Below, piece after piece: positions 55,644 to 64,000 of a DNA stretch of 64,000 nt (position 1 is the first letter of the stretch; the number at the start of each line of letters is the position of its first letter). The stretch lies in the NCBI RefSeq assembly GCF_009914755.1, contig NC_060933.1; one strand, 5' to 3'. The position numbers and the translations under genes were made by a program. The notes beneath the pieces were generated by a model. It was not told where the DNA came from. It ran no database searches and saw only the letters and a list, made by a program, of their open reading frames with translations. Source of the stretch: the human T2T-CHM13v2.0 reference genome, Homo sapiens.

Positions 55644-55881
55644 TGATCTGGAGGAGTGAAGGAACTCTGGCTTCTAGTTCCTTTCATTGTATGTTTCATC
55701 CCCATTTAATCTGAGGTTATCCAGCACTGGAGTGATTTTTGTGATTCATAATTTACCTAATCTTATCATAAAGATAAGATTATGACAAGAAAATCTTTGA
55801 AAATGATGAAATCTGAGTCTGTTTTGTCCAAATTTTCTCAGTGCCAAAACCACTATAGCAAATATGATGCCAATAATGAAG

Positions 55882-56339
55882 TTTTTTATGTATGTATGTG
55901 TGTCTATATGTATATATGTGTAGATGTATATACATTTTTTATTTATACAAATTTATGAGGTACATGTAAAATTTTGTTAACATGTGTATAATGCGTAGTG
56001 ATCAAGTCAGGGTATTTAGCATGTCTATTGCTGGAGTACAATACATTTTTGTTGAAGATAGTCACCCTACTCTGCCATCTAACGTTGAATTTATTCCTTC
56101 TATCTTACTCTATGTGTACCCTTTAAATCGGTTATCTTCATCCTCCCCTTGGTCCCCTCGCTCAACTTTCCCAGTCTCTGTTATCTGTCTTTCCATTCTC
56201 TACCTCCATGTGGTCAAGTTTTTTAGCTTCCATGTATAAGAATATGTGATACTTGTTTTTTTGTGCCTGGCTTTATTTCACTTAAGATAATGACTTCCAG
56301 TTTCATCCATGTTGCTGAAAATGACCTGATTTTATTCTT
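55882..56339 (-). mobile_element. L1MA-type 3' end with TSD ccaataatga(a)gtt
   Basis: Antisense L1 3'UTR; direct repeats at 55870 and 56340. Confidence 0.8.
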
Positions 56340-56367
56340 CCAATAATGAGTTCTTTAGGCTAGCACC

Positions 56368-56568
56368 CTGGTTAAGACTAGACTTTGGACTCAGACTGCC
56401 TGGCTTTGAATCCTGTTTCTGGCCCTTATTAGTACATAACTTCTCAGTGCTTTAGTTTCCGCGTTTATAAAATGAGTATAATACTAAGTATATAGCCCAT
56501 GGGGTTGTCGTGAGGATTAGGTAAATTCGTGTGAGTAGAGTGCCAGGCACATAGGTTATATTATTACT
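56368..56568 (+). mobile_element. MIR
   Basis: tggttaagactagactttggactcagactgcctggctttgaatcctg. Confidence 0.8.
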
Positions 56569-57380
56569 GAGGCTTAAATATCTAGAAGAGAGTATATTTG
56601 AACGCTAGATAGCAAAGAAAATTAAGCTTAACAAATCCTTGAATTGTATGGTGTGAAGTCTATATGTCTCTATTTTGACTTTGCAGGCAATGTAGTAATT
56701 TATTAAGAACATTTTAAAACTAATAACTTTAATTAGCATAGTGGTTTCAAATTGTATGTTGTTGTAGCACCTCACAGATGGTTATCAAATTTTGTTGAAA
56801 AGGATGTTTACTTTCATTTCATTCAGAGAAATACTGTGATTTAGGTAAATGGCCTGAGTGGTCAGGTGATGAAAGGTGGGACAGGATGCCTGATGAAAGG
56901 CAAAGCACGGGATCCAGGCAGCTGTAGGAAAGATTGCTTGTTTACTGGAGCAGACAAGAACTTTGCTTTGTGAGTGTATAGGTCAGGGCAATAAAAAGTT
57001 CGACTTAAGCTGACAAACAGCAGTGAGGGGGGATCAAACAGAGAACGATGCGTATGTATCCCTTTCCTTTGAAATGTGTCACCAAATTCTAGCATTTGAG
57101 TGTCCCTTAGTATCAAAGAGACAGAAGACCGCTGAACTCATATAATGGATATAATTAAGAATGAACAAATTGTGTTTCTATAAAGTAATTTTTGAACTAT
57201 AGGGTAAAGCTTTTGGTAAAATCTGAAGTATGGAGAAAAATGAAATTTATAGAGTACTGTGGCAATTTGTAAAAACAAATGTTAGAGGCCAGGCGCGGTG
57301 GCTCACACCTGTAATCCCAGCACTTTGGGAGGCCGAAGCAGGCGGATCACAAGGTCAGGAGATCGAGACCATTCTGGCTA

Positions 57381-57665
<285 letters not shown>

Positions 57666-58871
57666 TTATACATGTTTGTGACTACCTGGGTACTTGGGGG
57701 TTGCACAAGGTTCCGTTACTTTTTTTACTGGGAAAAATATGGCCTCTTTTTGCAGTGCTGATAATATTTTCTTTAGTATTAAAATTTCAGAAGTTTTTGC
57801 TTGCTCAAGCTACTGCTTTTTTTTTTTTCTTGTAAACACAGCTGGATAAATGCAGATAGAGTCTGCAGTGTTTCTGCCACACTAGCTTTATTAGAAAGTT
57901 TTTGCCTTTTTTTGCCGGATCATGGGTTGTGATTTAGGGTTTCTGTGGGCACATTAATTCTGAATAGAACCTGAGATTGTGCTTAACTAGAAGTGTGGTA
58001 GTTTTGGTAGTGAGTTCATAACAGGACCCAGGTACTTACATACTCAGTGGTCATTGCTATTGTAGCAATTGTGGTATTTAATTCAACTTGAAGGTCACTT
58101 GGAATATTTCTAGGCCATTACATTAGACCTCTGAGAAAAATTTTTTAAGTGCTTCAATATTTATGATTTAGTTAATAGTTAAGCTAAGGACTTTTAGAAG
58201 TATTTGTGGGTAGAGGGAAGGAGGCCATACATTTACAGAGACCCTGATAAAGCATGAAAATTGTGACACTGAATTTGCCTTTCTTTCCCAACTCCCTGCT
58301 GATGCACTAAGCTCTGGTCCAAGGGGTGGCATATGACTCTCAAATAGCCCCTGTATCCTTTGCTAGTCACTCTTTTCAGGGCTTAGGTTGATATATCATA
58401 TGCATATAAGAATGTTTAGAAAAGATGTGTGGAACTGACTGAGTATTTTAGGTTTTGTTTTTTGTTTTTGTTTCTTTTTAAGAGACAAGTTTTCAGTCTA
58501 ATCCAGGGTGGAGTGCAGTGGTGTGATCACTGCTCACTGTAACCTTGAACTCCTGGGCTCAAGTTATTCTTTTGCCTTAGTCTCCTGAGTAGCTACCATT
58601 ATAGGCATGTGCCACTATATCTGGTTAATTTTTTATTTTTTTATAGAGATAGGGCCTCACAATATTGCTCAGGCTGGTTTTGAATTCCTGGCCTCAAGTG
58701 ATCCTCTTGACTTGGACTCCCAAAGTGCTGGGATTACAGGCCCTGAGCGACTCACTGTGCCTGGCCAGTTTGATTCTTTCGAATGGGAATTTTTGTTTTG
58801 TGTGATATCAATCAAACATCTATACCTATAAGATCAAAGTATAACCCTAAAATGCTGTATCTGTTTTTCTT

Positions 58872-58902
<31 letters not shown>

Positions 58903-61900
58903 TTCTTTCTCTTTCTTTCTTTTTTTTGAGAGATGAGGTTTCACTATATTTCCTAGGCTGGTCTTGACTTCCTGGGCTCAAGCAGTCCTCCTGCCTCAGC
59001 CTCCCGAAGTGCTGAGATTATAAGTGAGATTCTATCTTTTAGCCTTATGTGGTAATTCTAAATATTTTTGTGGGTTTTTGACCCCTTTGAGAATTGGATA
59101 AAATCTTTGGACTCCTTTCTTATTAAATACATATCTATATATACAACCTATAATTTTGTATACATTTTAGGAAATATGTGGACTCTTGGTGGACTATGCA
59201 AACAATCTCTGTTTTGTGTATTTACATTTTAGCATATGACTTTCTTTTAAGAATAGAAACCTTAAAGGCTTGAAAAGGATTAGGAGACTGAGCTTCGGAG
59301 CTTCCAGGGAAAATTTACTTTTTTGAGAGAGGAGAGATTAACATGCTATTTTTCCATCAGAAATCCATTTAACTTGCTTTTTCAGATAAATACACTACTA
59401 GTATGCATCTAGTTAAATCATTCTTCTGCACCGTAGGTTATGAAAAAATAGTGTCTTACTGGTGTATTCACAAAGGCAGTCTAGAAAGGAAAAATTAAAA
59501 AGCTTAAATTCTCATTCTATTTCTAAGGGAATAAAGAGGGAGAATTCATTATGTCAAGCATTACAAATAAGCATGTATTAAAGCAGCTACATACGATGAT
59601 GGCACATTGTTGGAACACCCTAAGAAAGATAATTTGCATGGAAGATGATTATTCAATAGGGCTTTAATTTACAAGAAACATTCCACCATTTAATTGAGCC
59701 CTTTTGCACACACTGCTTTGCTTCAATAGATTGCATTTGCTCCCTGCATATGTACAATGCCAGAAGGATGGTTAAAATCAGATTCAGCCTAGCTAGGAGG
59801 TGAAACAACAGCTGAAAGTCATGTTGTAAAAATATGCATTATTAAACATCTGAGGATTATTTTTGAAATCGATTTTCTGTTGCCTGGTTTGTACCATAAA
59901 GCTGATTGTGTAATTTTTTTTTTCTAATAAGATTTTTATAAGATTATTTGGCCCTGCTGACCACTAGTTAAACTATGTGGTTCAATTTAAAATTTTTTCA
60001 CTTTTATAGGCCATTCACTAATATAGTACTTTTGCAAAATGAGCAAACATAGCCTGCATTTATAGTCATTTCAGAAAGAAAATTATTTGATAAAGAAGAT
60101 ACTAAAACATTTCAACAAATAGCTGACTTGTGATTAAAATGCCTCGAAAGATAACATATGGTAAAAAATTTTAAAAAGAGCAATGTAGATACATTTAATG
60201 TTTTTTTTTTTGTCAGTGTTAGAATAGTGTATGGAGAAAGCTTATCACAGAGAAGTTCTATCCTTGAGACATTTAAAATAAGCATCGTTGTAAGAAGGCA
60301 AGCCAGGCCCATTCTTTTTTTTTTTTTTTTTTTGAGACGGAGTCTTGCTGTGTCGCCTAGGCTGTAGTGTGCAATGGCACGATCTTGGCTCACTGCATCC
60401 TCCCCCAGGTTCAAGCGATTCTCCTGCCCCAGCCTCCCAAGTAGCTGGGATTACAGGTGTGTGCCACCATGCCCGGCTAATTTTTGTATTTTTAATAGAG
60501 GTGGGGTTTCACCATGTTGGTCAGGCTCATCTCGAACTCCTGACCTCAGGTGATCCACCCTCCTCGGCCTCCCGCCAGGCCCATTCTTAATGGGGGAAAC
60601 ACTGAAGGTGTCCAAATGAGGAAACACTGAAGGCCTGCAGGTTAAGTCAGGAGCAAGATGAGGACATTCATTATCACCATTGTTTGGGAGGTGCAAGTCA
60701 GTGTAGTAAGTAAGGTAAGGCAAAAAGGATTATGGATGTTGAAAAGGAAGCCATACATTTATCACCATTTCCAGGAATAGTGATACAGTAGAGGAAAAGA
60801 ACATTCCTGAGAATAAGATGAAAGTTTGAAGTGGAAGAAAGAGAGGTTGAAACATTTTCTGTTTGGTGCCCTCTGTGTTTTTGGTGAATGAAGGCTTTTT
60901 GCTGAAAGTGGAGGGGATGAGGGTGAAATTGGGCAACTAAGAAGAATAGGAAGAAAAGTTATGGAGAAGCCACTGTGATGAAAAATTATGTGGAATAGCT
61001 CCAAGAGCTCGAGGGTGAATTAACATGAAGACACTGGGGAGTCAGTCAACAGAGGTGGTTTGTGTGTGTCAGGTGGCATCTGGATTCTCTGAGCATAAGT
61101 GGTTCATTACCTTTGTGGGCAGCTTAATAACCATCTGAGTGCTAAAGGAAGTGGTGCAGCCCCTTCCACACAAATTTGCTCCTAAGATCTTTGCACAAGA
61201 TCCTGGAGTTGGAGACCTTGTAAGATCAGTTATAAGTAAGGTAAGGGAGAAAGGAAAGGTGAAACTGTTTGGGAGAAGCTGGTGTGGTATTTTTATAGTG
61301 GGCAGATCTGTCAGTGGGACGTCTCTGATTGTGTGCAAAAAGGCCTGGATGGTAATTCCTACTTCCTAGGGTGGTTGTGAAGATTAAGTGAATCAGATGT
61401 CATAGTGAGCATGAACTGTTTCCCCACAGCACCCTGCATATAGTCAACTCTCAGTAGATACCTGCTTGAAAAGCGAAAGCAAAAATCTCTGGGAGCCCAA
61501 TTCTTCCAGATATTTAAGCAGTCTTGATTCCCACACATCCTCTCAATCTTCAGCATGTTTAAAATTTCTCTTTACACTGATCCTGGCACCTGTGCTTTCA
61601 GATCTGCCTTTGCATCTTAAGAAATCTCTGCTTGAGCCTGCCACTCCTGGTCCCTGTTTCCCTCTTTTCTTTTACGGGTTTCTCAGATAAATGGGTTACA
61701 TATACTGTCTCTTCTGTTTTCATTAAATCACTTTAATTCCAAAGAATTCTGCTGCTTATACCTCTCTTCTACTCAAATTCTCCATGTAGCTAAACATAGA
61801 AAATGGACACATAAACAACAAAATATACTGTCAGGTGATAATAAATGCCATGGAGAAAAGCAGTTCGGTGTAGGGGGCATAGGGAGTGCCAGGCATGTGT

Positions 61901-62294
61901 AGGGGAGGTTTGCTAATTTTTGTACAGTAGTCTCAGAGAGCTTTTCTAATAAGGAGACACTTATGCAGATCTAAAGGTTGTGAAGAAGCAAATTGTGTAA
62001 CTATATGGGGAGAACAGCATTCCAGGCAGCCAGTATAAAATCCCTGAGGTGGGGACAATGTTGGTGCATTTGCAAAAAAGCAAGGAAGATTTTTACAGAT
62101 AGAACAGAGTGATCAAGCAGGGGATGGTGTGTCAAGAGAGGTAGGCAGGTAGAGGTAGATGTGGCACTGAGAGCATGTGGAAATTATCTGCTGCTTGCTT
62201 CTGTTTCCTCAGCAAGAGGGAGGATGGGGCAAAAGGAATTGGAGATTTGAAGAGATGTTCAGTTAGGAAAGTGGGAGAGTAAATATGGATTTGA

Positions 62295-62469
62295 GCAAAG
62301 TGTGATCCTTGGACCAGCAGCACCAGTATCATCTGAGAATGTGTTAGAAATGCACATTCTTGGGATCCATCCCAGACAGACATACTGAATCAGAAACTCT
62401 GGGGGTGAGGGCGGACAGTCTGTATTTTAACAAGCTATTCTGATGTACAGAAAAGTTTGAGAGTCACTG
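62295..62469. mobile_element. MER5A
   Basis: caaagtgtgatccttggaccagcagcaccag...tactgaatcagaaactctggggg. Confidence 0.85.
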
Positions 62470-62654
62470 GATTAGGGAGATGAGTATAATGCACTAAGGA
62501 TCCATCCGAGCTTAGTGGTCTTAAATTTGATGTGAAAGCAGTCAGTAGATTGTGTTGAAGCAAAAAAGGGTTGAGAGAAGTGAATGTGTACAAAGGATTA
62601 TTTTAAATGATATACCATAAAATCTAAGCTACATAAAGAAGTGAGGAGAGGGCA

Positions 62655-63690
62655 TCAAAATTTGTGGGATATAGCTAAAGTAGTACTTTGGGGAAAACTA
62701 TAGCAAATAAACTCAATGACCTCAGGTTTTACCTTATGAAATTAGAATACTAAACAAACAGCAAATGACACCAAAGAAAGTAGAAGAAATATCAGAGCAT
62801 AAATCAGTGAAATAGAATAGAAAATAAATAAAACCAAAAGCTGGTTCTTTGAGAAGCTTAATTAAAAAAATTTTAAAAATAGAAATATCTAGCCAGACTG
62901 ATCGAAAATTAGGAGGAGATATACAGATTACCAATATTAGGACTGAGAGAGGTAATATCAATGTGAATTCTACAGATATTAAAAGGATAATAAGAGACTT
63001 ATGGTCAACCTTATGCAGGTAAATTTGACAACTTATATAAAATGGATAAATTTAATGAACAGCACAAACCACCTAATCTCACTCAGGAAGAAATAGAAAC
63101 CTGAGCAGTCCTGTATCTGTTATAGAAATTGAATTTGTAGTTGAAAACCTTCCCACAAAGGAAACTGCAGACACAGATGGCTTTGCTATGGAATTCTACC
63201 AGACATTTAGGGAAGACATAGTATTAATTATATTCTAACTCTTCTAGGAAATTAAAGAGGAGAGAATACTTCCCTTCTGATTCTATAGTATAGGCACCAT
63301 AACCAGGCAAGCATATTACAAGTAAAAGTACAGACCAATATTTCTCATAAACATGGCTCTAAAAATACCTGACAAAATTTTAGCGAATGATCCAGCAATT
63401 CATAAGAAGAAAAACACATCATAACCAAGTAGGTTTATGGAATGCAAGCTTAACATTCAAAACTCAGGAAAACAGTTTATTATATTAACAGGCTAAAAAA
63501 GAAAACCATATGATCATTTGATTGCTGTAAATGAAAAAAAAATTTGAAAAAATCAAACATTTATTCCTGATTAAAAAAAAAACTCTTAGCAAACTGTGGA
63601 ATAAAAGAGATCTTTTCAACCTGATAAAGGCATGTGTGAAACACCTACAGCTAACTTCATGTTTAATAATTTAAGACTGAATGCTCTCAA
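62655..63690 (+). mobile_element. Old L1 ORF2 fragment
   Basis: aaaagctggttctttgagaag (KSWFFEK), gaattctaccagacattt (EFYQTF), acacctacagctaac (PTAN). Confidence 0.85.
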
Positions 63691-64000
63691 TTCAGATGAC
63701 TCTGTCTCATCCATTCGTTCAGGAAATGTCACTGAGCACGTAGCATGTAAGTCAGGCGATAGACTGAACGGGGGAGACATAATAATGGCCGGGCAAGATA
63801 AGGTCCTTGGCTACCTGGAGCTTAGAGTCTAGCAGGGGAGACAAGTTACTGGCAAATTCTACCAGAGTGATGAGTGCAATGACAGGAAAGCACGGGGGAC
63901 TTGAGGTGCAGAGGAAGACACCAGAGCAGTCAGGGATAGGTGTTTTTTTTGTTTTGATTTGTTTTTTTGAGACAGAGCCTCACTCCGTCATCCAGGCTGG

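Overview
Primate (human-like) genomic DNA, dominated by Alu, L1, L2, MIR and LTR remnants. The only supportable protein-coding sequence is the last three exons of HSDL2 on the + strand (5209-5358, 10646-10774, 21612-21724). They encode the C-terminal SCP2 sterol-carrier domain and end in the peroxisomal PTS1 tripeptide ARL, followed by a ~1.85 kb 3'UTR whose AATAAA signals all lie in transposon sequence. A CpG-island promoter at ~37.6-38.9 kb carries splice donors on both strands. From recalled gene order it is the non-coding exon 1 of KIAA1958 (+) overlapping an antisense lncRNA (HSDL2-AS1/C9orf147-like, -); the rest of the window is that gene's long first intron. Almost all ORF-track entries are repeat or GC-island artefacts. 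I found no supportable novel multi-gene system. The most notable items are: a tailless ORF1-only L1 bounded by a perfect 17-bp TSD, a ~70-bp SVA2-like insertion with TSD, a 3'-truncated TMA7 retrocopy, a candidate L1 3' transduction, a two-state AT-rich hairpin in the last HSDL2 intron, a fold-back insertion inside a MER21 LTR, and a degenerate ~58-bp periodic repeat in the promoter. Repeat subfamily names and boundaries are by eye and approximate.
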